64,000 nucleotides of DNA from Chloroflexota bacterium (GTDB taxonomy: Bacteria > Chloroflexota > Anaerolineae > Aggregatilineales > Phototrophicaceae): positions 425 to 64,424 of the forward strand of contig JAPOXG010000104.1 in assembly GCA_026707225.1 (NCBI GenBank), written 5' to 3'. Of this stretch, positions 45,997 through 54,878 are shown piece by piece. Positions within the stretch are counted from its first letter, which is position 1; each line of letters starts with the position of its first letter. The translations under genes were made by a program, and so were the position numbers. The notes beneath the pieces are model-generated. The model did no database searches and was not told where the DNA came from. It saw only the letters and a list, made by a program, of their open reading frames with translations.

Positions 45997-47177
45997 GCAA
46001 CGACCGCCTCAATCATGTCCTCGCTGATCCGCAGCAGATCGAGCGCGTTCTCGGCGAAGATGCGTCGGTGCGTGCGCTCGTCCAGCTTTGGCAAGACCGT
46101 GACCGGATCGTTCCAGTCGAAATGCGGGAAGTCGGTGCAGAAGATCAGGGTTTCGTCGGCGTGCAGCATCTCCAGCATTTGATAGACCTGCTCGGTCTGT
46201 GGCGGCTCGTGCATCGGCTGCGTGCCGACGCGGATATGCTCGCGGAAATACTCGCTGGGGCTGCGCTTGAGCCAGGGCGTTTGATCGCCGATGGCTTTCC
46301 AGTCCGCATCCATATGCCACATCAGCGGCGCCGCCCACATCTGCTGCACTTCAATCAGCGCCACTTTGAAATTGGGGAACTTCTCGAAGACGCCCTCGAC
46401 GATCAGCGAAGCCGCTTGCGCGCTGGCGACGCTGGGGCGGGTCATGCGCGATTCCATGTAGTAGCTGGGGAAGCCAACCGGCGTCGGCGTCGAGCCGGGG
46501 CTGAGCCCGCCGATATGGGAGACGACCGGCAAGTCGTGCTCGGCGCAGGCTTCCCAGATGGGATGGTATATGCGCTTGCCGAAGAGCTGCGGCGTCTGCA
46601 TCGGCATCATGACTGCAACGGTGTCTTTGCGATGGGCGAGGCGATGAATCTCCTTGACGGCCAGCGCCGGGTCATTGGGCGCCACCAGAATCGCGTTGAC
46701 CACGCGCGGATCTTTATCCAGCCAGTGTTCGATCGTCCAGTCATTGAAAGCGGTGCAGAGGGCGGCCGCCCAATCGGGATCGGGCAAACCGGCGACAGCC
46801 AAGAAGACCGGCGGGCCGGTCAGCAGCGCGAAGTCGATATTCCAGCGGTCAAGCAATTCTTTCCGGGTGAAATCGAGCGAGAAGTTGAAATCCCGTTCTT
46901 TGAGCGCCGGGTCTTTGATATCGGGGCGGGTGCGGCGGAAGGGCGTGTTTGCGTAACCGCTGCCGGGCAGGTGCAATCCCTGATCGAGCAGGTGTTCTTG
47001 ATAGAACTTGGGCAGGTAAGGCAGGAGCTGCTCGGGGTCATGGATATTATGGTGGACGTCACAGTCGACCAGCTTGACGCGGTCGGCCGGTTTGCCGGTC
47101 CAGCCGGGCGCGGCGATGGGCGCGGCGCCTTTCTTGCCGATGTGGATTTGTTCGAGCTTGTCGATTGTTTGAGCCAT
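45993..47177 (-). CDS. Amidohydrolase-2 family (ACMSD-like metal-dependent hydrolase/decarboxylase)
   Basis: LVDCDVHH N-terminal metal motif and C-terminal CTDFPHFDW motif. The stop overlaps the Rieske gene start. Confidence 0.7.
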   Translation of the reverse strand: MAQTIDKLEQIHIGKKGAAPIAAPGWTGKPADRVKLVDCDVHHNIHDPEQLLPYLPKFYQEHLLDQGLHLPGSGYANTPFRRTRPDIKDPALKERDFNFSLDFTRKELLDRWNIDFALLTGPPVFLAVAGLPDPDWAAALCTAFNDWTIEHWLDKDPRVVNAILVAPNDPALAVKEIHRLAHRKDTVAVMMPMQTPQLFGKRIYHPIWEACAEHDLPVVSHIGGLSPGSTPTPVGFPSYYMESRMTRPSVASAQAASLIVEGVFEKFPNFKVALIEVQQMWAAPLMWHMDADWKAIGDQTPWLKRSPSEYFREHIRVGTQPMHEPPQTEQVYQMLEMLHADETLIFCTDFPHFDWNDPVTVLPKLDERTHRRIFAENALDLLRISEDMIEAVVA

Positions 47178-47182
47178 GTTGT

Positions 47183-48538
47183 TCACCTTCCAAAGTTGCG
47201 TATTTCCTGCAGTTGTGAGGAGGTCAGCGTGTACCAATCGCTAGTCTCATAAAAGTAATGTCTTCTTCTCGATTTAGAGTAGCGCTCTTTCAGGAATGTT
47301 TCAAAGGTTTCGGCATGATCCGCCTGAATGATACAGCTATACCTGACGCGTTTGCGCGCATGCAATGCGTCGTGCGGATTATTGAGTTGAGCTGCCATCC
47401 CGGTAAGGCCGCCCGTGTCTCTGGGAAGTTGAGTTCTCCAAATCTTGTATCGATTACCACACCTACTGCCCTGGACTACGCAAACATAACCCTTTTGTCC
47501 TCTAAGTTCGGGAAGTCTCCTGTAAGATTGGGACGCTAAAGTTTTCAGTCCCCAATGGGTCTTCGGGCGCAAAAAGGGTTTGAATCCGTAAAAGAAAGGC
47601 CGTGCGAGCTGCTTGACATCACCCATCGCCTCATCCGAAAATGATACCCAACCATTTTCACCGAGCTCATCAGCGTACGATTGTAAGATACGCCTCACTT
47701 TTTTCCTCTTATCGACTTTCATAATCAATGTTAGCTCCAGCGCAAATCCGTGCCACTGTTCCGCTAATGCGATATCTATTGACTTCGCTGGATGGCTGTC
47801 AATAAATACCTTGCCCACTTTTGCATTGTTGTCGCAAATTACCGTCAAGTAGGCTTCTTTCCCACTGAGCTTGGGTAGCGCGCGGTAATCTTTGGTCAAG
47901 ACGCTTTCCCAGTTCCAGTCTAAGTCTGGCATCGTCGGTATGTTTGCGAAATCTGGAACGGTTTCTATCGGTACTTCTTCTGCGCCAGGTTGCGCGTTAG
48001 CCAGTACCTTTTTAACCAACGTTTCAGTTGCCAGCTCTCCTAGATTCTTAAGTAGGTCTTTGGCTAAGTTGAGGTCGTCCTCGTCCACGGGCGCCATTTC
48101 AAGAGTGTCGCCAGCAGCTACCATCACAAGTGCGGCAATTATCTGAACCGTGCGTCGCTCTATTTCGCTAATCGTGAACCACTCGCCTTTCTTCCGATTG
48201 CCGAATACTGTGCGCAGCCGTTTCTCTAGCGCGCCGGCGTCCTTCGCGGGAAAGTTCAGCGCGAACTCGACGCGCGGCCCCAACTCTCTCTTCAGTTGGG
48301 CATCGAGCCACGGCGGTTTGGCGCGGTAACCCATCTTGAAGCGGTCGCTATTTTCTTTATCTCTAATGACGTAAACGAAACCTGCTTTGCGATCCGGCTT
48401 AAATTCGTTGCTGCTGTAAGATTTCGCAAGCGCGTGATTGTACTGATTCAGCAACTTTATTATGAACTCTATTTTCGGAATGAAGGGCCCCACCATCATT
48501 GCAAGCTTAGCCAGTTTTGTCAGCGTTTTGAAATTCAT
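47183..48538 (-). CDS. Protein with three tandem T5orf172/MUG113 (GIY-YIG-like) modules
   Basis: Repeat 1: GFVYVIRDKENSDRFKMGY...KKGEWFTISE. Repeat 2: EAYLTVICDNNAKVGKVFIDSH...ENGWVSFSD. Repeat 3: KGYVCVVQGSRCGNRYKIWRTQ...TSDWYTLTS. The region is visibly AT-richer. The start was set at MNFKT (48538). Confidence 0.6.
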   Translation of the reverse strand: MNFKTLTKLAKLAMMVGPFIPKIEFIIKLLNQYNHALAKSYSSNEFKPDRKAGFVYVIRDKENSDRFKMGYRAKPPWLDAQLKRELGPRVEFALNFPAKDAGALEKRLRTVFGNRKKGEWFTISEIERRTVQIIAALVMVAAGDTLEMAPVDEDDLNLAKDLLKNLGELATETLVKKVLANAQPGAEEVPIETVPDFANIPTMPDLDWNWESVLTKDYRALPKLSGKEAYLTVICDNNAKVGKVFIDSHPAKSIDIALAEQWHGFALELTLIMKVDKRKKVRRILQSYADELGENGWVSFSDEAMGDVKQLARPFFYGFKPFLRPKTHWGLKTLASQSYRRLPELRGQKGYVCVVQGSRCGNRYKIWRTQLPRDTGGLTGMAAQLNNPHDALHARKRVRYSCIIQADHAETFETFLKERYSKSRRRHYFYETSDWYTLTSSQLQEIRNFGR

Positions 48539-48615
48539 ACGCTGTTCGCACCCAATAAAATTGTAAGCGTTGCCGTCGGGCTGAGAGCAGCGCTGGCGGG
48601 CGACCTGGATGCCCC

Positions 48616-49605
48616 TTACTCCGGCCTCATTTCGCCCAGCGAGCGCTCGCCCTGCCGGATATAACCCGCCACCGGGCTCTCGACCCGGCCATAGGCATTC
48701 CAAATCTTGAAGCCCAGCAGCGCCAGCAGATCATCATCCGCTTCCGCCACCACCTCGGGCGCGGTCGCCATGGTGAAGTTGACCTGCGTGCGGAATTGCG
48801 GCGCGACGAAGGTGGTCAGGACGCCCAAGCGATGTTCGTCGCTGACGTTGGCGCCGGTGCCGTGCCAAATGCGCCCGTCAAAGAGCATGGCGCTGCCGGC
48901 CGGGGCTTCCGCCGGGATGCTGACTACATCCTTGTCCTTATCCTTGTCGGGGCGGCGGCCGAAGAGGTGGCTGCGGGGAACCAGGCGGGTGGCGCCAATT
49001 GCTTCGCTGAAGTCGTTGAGCATCCACATCACATTGACCACGACCGGCGGCGCGATCATAGCCGGGTGCTCATCGACGCGGTTGGAGCGCTCGCGCGTGA
49101 GCGAGCCGGCCGGCACCGGGTTGGGCGCGCGGTGGATCGGCTCCGGCATCCACCACTGGTCGGTGTGCAAGTTCATGGCGACGCCGCCCGGCTTGGCGAT
49201 ATTGGCGCCATAGCTGGAGAGCAGATACTCATTCCCCAGCACATGCCCAACGACCGCGCGTACAGTCGGCTGCGCCAGCAGATCGCGCCAGACACGACCC
49301 TTGTTTATCAGCATCCAGACGCGCTGGTTGACGCCGCCAGCTTTCGCGGAAAAAGCGTCGCGCCTGATATTGCCGTCCTTGTCTGTGAAGGCGCCCCATT
49401 GCTGCTTGGCGCCGCCGTCTTCAAAGGCCTGGCCGCCTTCCAGCTCGGCCTGCGCCTGTTCCAGCAAGCGCTTCTTGGCGACCGTCAACTGTTCTGGCGC
49501 GATGGCATTTTCCACCAGGCAGTAGCCAAACTCGTCGATGTTGGCTTGGAGCGTCTCGAGGTCGGAAGTCGGTTGGGGCAGCTCTTCGTATGTCCAGTCG
49601 AACAT
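48616..49605 (-). CDS. Phytanoyl-CoA dioxygenase (PhyH) family Fe(II)/2-oxoglutarate oxygenase
   Basis: HTDQWW (HxD) and WHGTGAN distal His, in a double-stranded beta-helix pattern. Confidence 0.75.
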   Translation of the reverse strand: MFDWTYEELPQPTSDLETLQANIDEFGYCLVENAIAPEQLTVAKKRLLEQAQAELEGGQAFEDGGAKQQWGAFTDKDGNIRRDAFSAKAGGVNQRVWMLINKGRVWRDLLAQPTVRAVVGHVLGNEYLLSSYGANIAKPGGVAMNLHTDQWWMPEPIHRAPNPVPAGSLTRERSNRVDEHPAMIAPPVVVNVMWMLNDFSEAIGATRLVPRSHLFGRRPDKDKDKDVVSIPAEAPAGSAMLFDGRIWHGTGANVSDEHRLGVLTTFVAPQFRTQVNFTMATAPEVVAEADDDLLALLGFKIWNAYGRVESPVAGYIRQGERSLGEMRPE

Positions 49606-49739
49606 GATGATCTCCGTCAGGGTGATATTGAGATATGCTGGCTGCGGCTGCGAGCCGGATCGTCAGTGTCGGTTTGTTGTGGGGGGAGAATACATGAAAG
49701 CGCCGGGCTGCGCAAACAACAAGATGCCGAAGGTGCAGG

Positions 49740-50078
49740 TCAAGTTAGTAGGGTTTCGAGTCGTTCCATGACGTCAAGGAGGACTGATTCGGGGGCGTTG
49801 GCTTTGAATTCGACCGGGCGGACTCGCCAATCTATACTCCGGATATGATCAACCAGCACCACGCCGTAGATTTCTAAACCTGCGGGCAGCGGGACCTCAA
49901 AGGGATAACCCTTTTGTCGTCCAGTAATGGGACAGCAGACAGCCAAGCCTGAGGAGTAGTTGAAGTCATGTCGGGACAAAATGATAGCGGGACGTGAGCC
50001 CGCTTGCTCGCGCCCCGCCTGGGGATCAAAATCTGTCCAGACAATATCCCCGCGATTAGGGATATAAGCCATTACCAA
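49740..50078 (-). CDS. mazF: MazF/PemK-family endoribonuclease toxin
   Basis: YIPNRGDIVWTDFDPQAGREQAGSRPAIILS and VLVDHIRSIDWRVR. Confidence 0.9.
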   Translation of the reverse strand: MVMAYIPNRGDIVWTDFDPQAGREQAGSRPAIILSRHDFNYSSGLAVCCPITGRQKGYPFEVPLPAGLEIYGVVLVDHIRSIDWRVRPVEFKANAPESVLLDVMERLETLLT

Positions 50079-50314
50079 ACCTCTTTGCCAACCGGCGGAC
50101 CCCAGTCGACTTCATCGTGTCGATTCTCCGGCGTGATTTGCGCTACCAGTTCTTCAAGCTTATAGCGGGGCGTCCCTGGCGGATAAATCTTCAGGCATCC
50201 GTTTACAACGCGCAGTTCAACTTCACTGCCGACTTCAAGCTCGATCTCATCCGCCAATTCATCGGGAATGCATATGGCAAGGCTATTCCCCCATTTCTTG
50301 ATTGTGGTAGTCAT
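50072..50314 (-). CDS. mazE: MazE/AbrB-SpoVT-type antitoxin
   Basis: TTIKKWGNSLAICIP swapped-hairpin motif. There is a 7-nt overlap with mazF. Confidence 0.85.
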   Translation of the reverse strand: MTTTIKKWGNSLAICIPDELADEIELEVGSEVELRVVNGCLKIYPPGTPRYKLEELVAQITPENRHDEVDWGPPVGKEVW

Positions 50315-50398
50315 TGCAGTCCCCGTTTCTGCTTTCCCAATTGCATTCTAGCACAGGCTAAAGCATGTTCGCCAGATACTGCCCCGCAGCGCCCTTGC

Positions 50399-50643
50399 TC
50401 ACCACCATATCTCATGGCCAACCGGGGGACCAATATCCCATTCCCCTTCATCAAAATCATCCGGTACGCTCGCTAGCATCTCATCAAGGTCGTAACGTTT
50501 TCTTCGTCGCTTTCTGATCCGAGTTCCCCGTTCACAACGCGCAGTTCAACCTCACTGCCGACTTCCAGCCCGATCTCATCCGCCAATTCATGGGGAATAC
50601 AGATGGCAAGGCTGTTCCCCCATTTCTTAATTGTGGTACGCAT
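50399..50643 (-). pseudogene. Second, frameshifted mazE-like copy directly upstream of mazE
   Basis: The N-terminal 39 codons (MRTTIKKWGNSLAICIPHELADEIGLEVGSEVELRVVNG) are near-identical to mazE. The homologous C-terminus (RYDLDEMLASVPDDFDEGEWDIGPPVGHEIWW) is in another frame. The span is 245 nt, which is not a multiple of 3. Confidence 0.6.
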
Positions 50644-50806
50644 TGCAGTCCCCGTTGCTACATTGTAGATACAGCGTATCGGAATTCCGTCCTGCATTGC
50701 AACGTAGCTTCGACCCTGCGCCAGTTGAAAGATTGAACAATAGGTGACATCTGTAAGAATGTTGGTTAAAATGGCTGCATACTTATTCTGGAGCTAGGTT
50801 GCGAAA

Positions 50807-51649
50807 ATGCCTGTACCAGCCACAAGCATCAGCGAGTTTGCCGCGCAGGGATACACCATCGCGCGCGGTCTGTTTGATCTTGACGAGGTCGAAGAATTAC
50901 GTCAACACTTCTTCGCGATCAACGCGGAACAGCATGCGATACGGGAACGTGACGCAAGAACGGACAACACCGTTGTGGAGGGCGATCCCCTGGCGCGGTA
51001 TCCGCGCGTCATGCAGCCGCATCGCTTTGACGAAATCAGCCTGCAATGGATGATTGACGCCCGCCTCAACGAGTGGATGACGAGCATCCTCGGACGCGAG
51101 CCCTTCGCCGTGCAAACGATGTTTTACTTCAAGCCGCCGGGCGCCCGCGGTCAAGCGCTGCATCAAGATCAATTTTATCTGCGCGTTGACCCCGGCACCT
51201 GCGTCGCCGCCTGGATGGCGATTGATCGCTGCGATGAGGAAAACGGCTGCCTGCGTATTGTGCCGGGCACCCACGAGACGCCGGTTTTATGCACGGTCGA
51301 TGCCGATACCGATGTCAGTTTCACCGATGTCACCGTTGAATTGCCGCCCGGTTACGAACCGATTCCGCTGGTCATGGAGCCAGGCGATGTGCTCTTCTTC
51401 AACGGCCAGCTGGTCCATGGCAGCTACCCAAACAGCAGCAGCCATCGCTTCCGCTGCGCCTTGATCGGGCACTACATCGTCGGCGAGGCTGAGGCGGTCG
51501 CCAAGTGGTATCATCCCGTGTTGCGCATGGACGGAAGCGAAATCGACTTCGGTGTCAGCGAGCACGGCGGACCCTGCGGCGTTTGGGTCGATCGCGATGG
51601 TGAGACCGTCGCCGTCCTCGAAGGCATCGACGCGCGCTATTCAAGCTGA
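50807..51649 (+). CDS. PhyH-family Fe(II)/2-oxoglutarate dioxygenase (tandem paralog 1)
   Basis: ALHQDQFY (HxD) and LVHGSYPN. Confidence 0.8.
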   Translation: MPVPATSISEFAAQGYTIARGLFDLDEVEELRQHFFAINAEQHAIRERDARTDNTVVEGDPLARYPRVMQPHRFDEISLQWMIDARLNEWMTSILGREPFAVQTMFYFKPPGARGQALHQDQFYLRVDPGTCVAAWMAIDRCDEENGCLRIVPGTHETPVLCTVDADTDVSFTDVTVELPPGYEPIPLVMEPGDVLFFNGQLVHGSYPNSSSHRFRCALIGHYIVGEAEAVAKWYHPVLRMDGSEIDFGVSEHGGPCGVWVDRDGETVAVLEGIDARYSS

Positions 51650-51711
51650 GGGGCCAGCGTGGCCGTCGTTCGGAGCGCATTGCCAGGCCACAGCGGGAGC
51701 AAGTTCCAATT

Positions 51712-52554
51712 ATGCCAGTCTCCGCCACCAACATCAGCGAGTTTGCCACGCAGGGCTTCACCCTGGCGCGGCGCCTGTTCAGCGATGAAGAGGTCGAGGA
51801 TCTGCGTGAGCATTTTCTCTGGATCAATCGGGAACACCGACAGGTATCGGACAATATCACCGATGAAAGCGATCCGCTCGCCAAGTACCCGCGCGTGGGG
51901 CAGCCGCATCGCTGGGACGAAACGAGCTTGAATTGGCTGATTGACCCGCGTCTCAACGAGTGGATGACGGCCATCCTCGGGCGCGAGCCTTACGCTGTGC
52001 AGACCATGTTCTATTACAAACCGCCGGGCGCGCGCGGTCAGGCGCTGCATCAGGATCAATTTTATCTGCGCGTCGAACCGGGCGCCTGCGTCGCGGCTTG
52101 GATGGCAGTCGACCGCTGTGATGAGGAAAACGGCTGTCTCTTCATCGTGACCGGGACGCATGACATTCCGGTTCTCTGCACGGTTGATGCCGATACCGAT
52201 GCCAGCTTTGTCAACGATACGGTGGAATTGCCACCCGGATTCGAACCGATTCCCCTCATCATGGATCCCGGCGATGTACTCTTCTTCAACGGCCAACTGG
52301 TGCACGGCAGTTACCCCAATTCCAGCGCCGATCGCTTCCGCTGCGCGATGATCGGCCATTACATCGCCGCTGAGGCGCGGGCGGTGCATGAGCATTATCA
52401 CCCGGTTCTACGCATGGATGGCAGCCAACTAGACTTCGGCGTCAGCGAACAGGGCGGACCCTGCGGCGTCTGGGTCGATCGCGATGGCGAGCCGGTCGCC
52501 ATGCTCGAAGGCGTCGAAACAAGGCAGGAGCATCGCTCGCGCCGGCGCGATTAG
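51712..52554 (+). CDS. PhyH-family Fe(II)/2-oxoglutarate dioxygenase (tandem paralog 2)
   Basis: Same length and motifs as 50807-51649. Most positions are identical by eye. Confidence 0.8.
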   Translation: MPVSATNISEFATQGFTLARRLFSDEEVEDLREHFLWINREHRQVSDNITDESDPLAKYPRVGQPHRWDETSLNWLIDPRLNEWMTAILGREPYAVQTMFYYKPPGARGQALHQDQFYLRVEPGACVAAWMAVDRCDEENGCLFIVTGTHDIPVLCTVDADTDASFVNDTVELPPGFEPIPLIMDPGDVLFFNGQLVHGSYPNSSADRFRCAMIGHYIAAEARAVHEHYHPVLRMDGSQLDFGVSEQGGPCGVWVDRDGEPVAMLEGVETRQEHRSRRRD

Positions 52555-52709
52555 GCGCTAGGATCCCAGCGGCGATCGCTGCTTTGGATGCCGTTACTGC
52601 CGGCCTGGCAAGCGCTGTCATACGTGCTGACAAATTGCATTCGCCTTTCGCGATTCTCTAGGATACAATCCCTCGAATTGCAAATTCTGACTTGTTTGAG
52701 AAACTAATA

Positions 52710-53711
52710 ATGGCTACGAGGACCGCCTTGATCGGCGCCGGCAACATGGCGCGCCACCATCTCCCACTGATGATAGAAGCTGGCGCAGACATTCGCGTCA
52801 TCTGCGAGCCGTCTCCTGACAATTATGAACTCACGTTGGATAAGCTGGCGGAGCTGGGCGCGCCGCCGCCGCCCAACGAACCGGTTCTCGCTGATTTGCT
52901 GGGGAGGCACGCCGGCGAACTCGATGCCGCCTTCATTATGACGCCGCACAACCAGCACCACGATCACGCCAAAGCCTGCCTGGAGGCGGGCTTCGATGTC
53001 TTGCTGGAAAAGCCGATGGTGATGAACGCGGCGGAAGCGATCAGCTTAATGGAAACGCGCGACCGCACGGGCAGGCGCCTGGTGGTGGCGTTTCAGGGTG
53101 GGCTTTCGCCACAGATTCGGTACGCCGCCGCCTTGATCGCATCGGGCGAGCTCGGCGAACTGCGCACGATGACGGGCATGGTCTGGCAGGGCTGGAAAGA
53201 GAACACGGTCGGCAAGTGGCGACAGATTCCGGAGATCGCCGGTGGCGGCTTTCTCTTTGATTCCGGCGCTCACATGCTGAACACGGTCTGCACGCTGGTG
53301 GGCGAAGACTTTGCGACGGTCGCGGCCTGGCTGGACAAGCGCGGCACGGGCGTCGATATCGATGGCGTGGTCATGGGACGGCTGGAATCGGGCGCGCTGG
53401 TGACCATCAACGGCTGCGGCGATTGCATCCCCGGCTTGGAAAACGAGATCTATGTGAACCTGACCGGCGGCGTCATTCGCACTTGCATGTACGGGAGACG
53501 CCTGCTCATCCGGCGCTCGGGCGAAGCCGACCTCCGTGAAGTGGACGGTCTTCCCAAGATGCGCGGCGCTTGGGAGCAATTCACGCAGGTGCGCGCCGGC
53601 GAGATTGAAAATCCCTGCCCGCCGGAGGTGGGTTTGCGCATGGCGAAACTCTGGGACGCCATCGTTGAGTCGGCGGGGAAAGATGGCCTGCCCGTGCATC
53701 CGCCCGCCTGA
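52710..53711 (+). CDS. Gfo/Idh/MocA-family oxidoreductase
   Basis: ALIGAGNMARHH Rossmann motif and LLEKPMVMN. Confidence 0.85.
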   Translation: MATRTALIGAGNMARHHLPLMIEAGADIRVICEPSPDNYELTLDKLAELGAPPPPNEPVLADLLGRHAGELDAAFIMTPHNQHHDHAKACLEAGFDVLLEKPMVMNAAEAISLMETRDRTGRRLVVAFQGGLSPQIRYAAALIASGELGELRTMTGMVWQGWKENTVGKWRQIPEIAGGGFLFDSGAHMLNTVCTLVGEDFATVAAWLDKRGTGVDIDGVVMGRLESGALVTINGCGDCIPGLENEIYVNLTGGVIRTCMYGRRLLIRRSGEADLREVDGLPKMRGAWEQFTQVRAGEIENPCPPEVGLRMAKLWDAIVESAGKDGLPVHPPA

Positions 53712-53785
53712 GCGGCAAATGGAGTGGGTCGAAAATCATTTATGTGGATACACGAATCTTACTCACTCACTGACTGGAGAAACGC

Positions 53786-54655
53786 ATGAAAACAGCAACT
53801 GGCAACTTTCCGCTAGGCTGGCGCCGCCGCAATTATGCCTGGGAGCAAGACTTGGACGGCATGATCGCCTGGGCGCTGGAAAACGACTTGGAAGTCATTG
53901 ACCTGGGCCGGGACGCCGATCGCGACGCCAAGACGGTTGTGGACGCCGGGCTGCGCGTGGGCTCAGCCGATATGGCCCTTTGGCACGAGATGATCTCGCC
54001 TGACGCGGGCGCGCGCCGTGAAGCCGTTTCGCGCAACGCCGAGTACCTGCGCGCCTGCGCCGCCGCTGGCACCAAGACTTTCTTCGTCGTCATGCTCCCC
54101 GAAGATCCGGCCCGCTCTCGCGCCGAAAACTTCGGCTACATGGTCGATAGCTATGGCGAATTGGCCGCGACCTTTGAAGAATGCGGCGCCTGTCTCGCCA
54201 TTGAAGGCTGGCCCGGTCCTGGCTCGCTTGTCTGTACGCCGGAGACTTATCGCGCCTTTATCGAACAGGTCGGTTCAGCCAATATGGGCGTCAACTACGA
54301 CCCGTCGCATCTGGCGCGCATGGGTATCGACCCAATCCGCTTCCTCAAGGAGTTCGTCGGGCATGTCTTCCATGTGCACGGCAAGGACTGCATGATTATT
54401 GAAGAGAATCTCTATCAGTATGGCAATTTGCAGGAAGCGGCTTTCGGCGCGCCCTTCAAGTACGGCGGCATGAACTGGCGCTATACCATCCCGGGCCACG
54501 GCGTCTCCGATTGGAAGATCATCCTGAGTATCTTGCAGGACAGTGGCTACGACGGCTGCGTCAGCATCGAGCTGGAAGACCACTACTACGACGATAGCGA
54601 ATACGATCAGAAACTGGGCGTGTTGCAGGGCGTCAAGTTCCTGGTTGGGTCTTGA
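53786..54655 (+). CDS. Xylose-isomerase-like TIM-barrel protein (sugar phosphate isomerase/epimerase)
   Basis: LAIEGWPG, YDPSHL, HVHGKD and SIELED form the metal-ligand pattern of the family. Confidence 0.8.
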   Translation: MKTATGNFPLGWRRRNYAWEQDLDGMIAWALENDLEVIDLGRDADRDAKTVVDAGLRVGSADMALWHEMISPDAGARREAVSRNAEYLRACAAAGTKTFFVVMLPEDPARSRAENFGYMVDSYGELAATFEECGACLAIEGWPGPGSLVCTPETYRAFIEQVGSANMGVNYDPSHLARMGIDPIRFLKEFVGHVFHVHGKDCMIIEENLYQYGNLQEAAFGAPFKYGGMNWRYTIPGHGVSDWKIILSILQDSGYDGCVSIELEDHYYDDSEYDQKLGVLQGVKFLVGS

Positions 54656-54765
54656 TCTGTTCCCCCTATTTCAACAAGGCAGGGGACATGATTGAAATGA
54701 CGAAGCGCAATTGCAAAGGGTCAGCCGCCAGCTGATCTGTACAGGTATCTTTAATGTGAAATTGT

Positions 54766-54817
54766 TGTAGGGACGAGCGACCCGCAGTGTCTACGCGCGG
54801 CGGTGGCTCGCCCGCAG
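54766..54817. repeat. Composite REP-like element (inverted orientation)
   Basis: TGTAGGGACGAGCGACCCGCAGTGTCTACGCGCGG...GGCTCGCCCGCAG. It contains CAGTGTCTACGC, the reverse complement of the GCGTAGACACTG 12-mer at 42287 and 43828. Confidence 0.6.
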
Positions 54818-54878
54818 AAAACAACGGATGTCGGGACGGCTTGAGAGACGCCCGCTTCCAAAGCAAGGAATGACTAGC

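Noticed and set aside
48539-48703. N-terminal extension of the T5orf172 ORF back to 48703, and the extension of the wHTH ORF back to 12248
   Set aside because: The T5orf172 extension overlaps the upstream PhyH gene's 3-prime end and switches to high-GC, non-matching composition. For the wHTH ORF, the upstream part covers the predicted promoter and AT-rich non-coding DNA.
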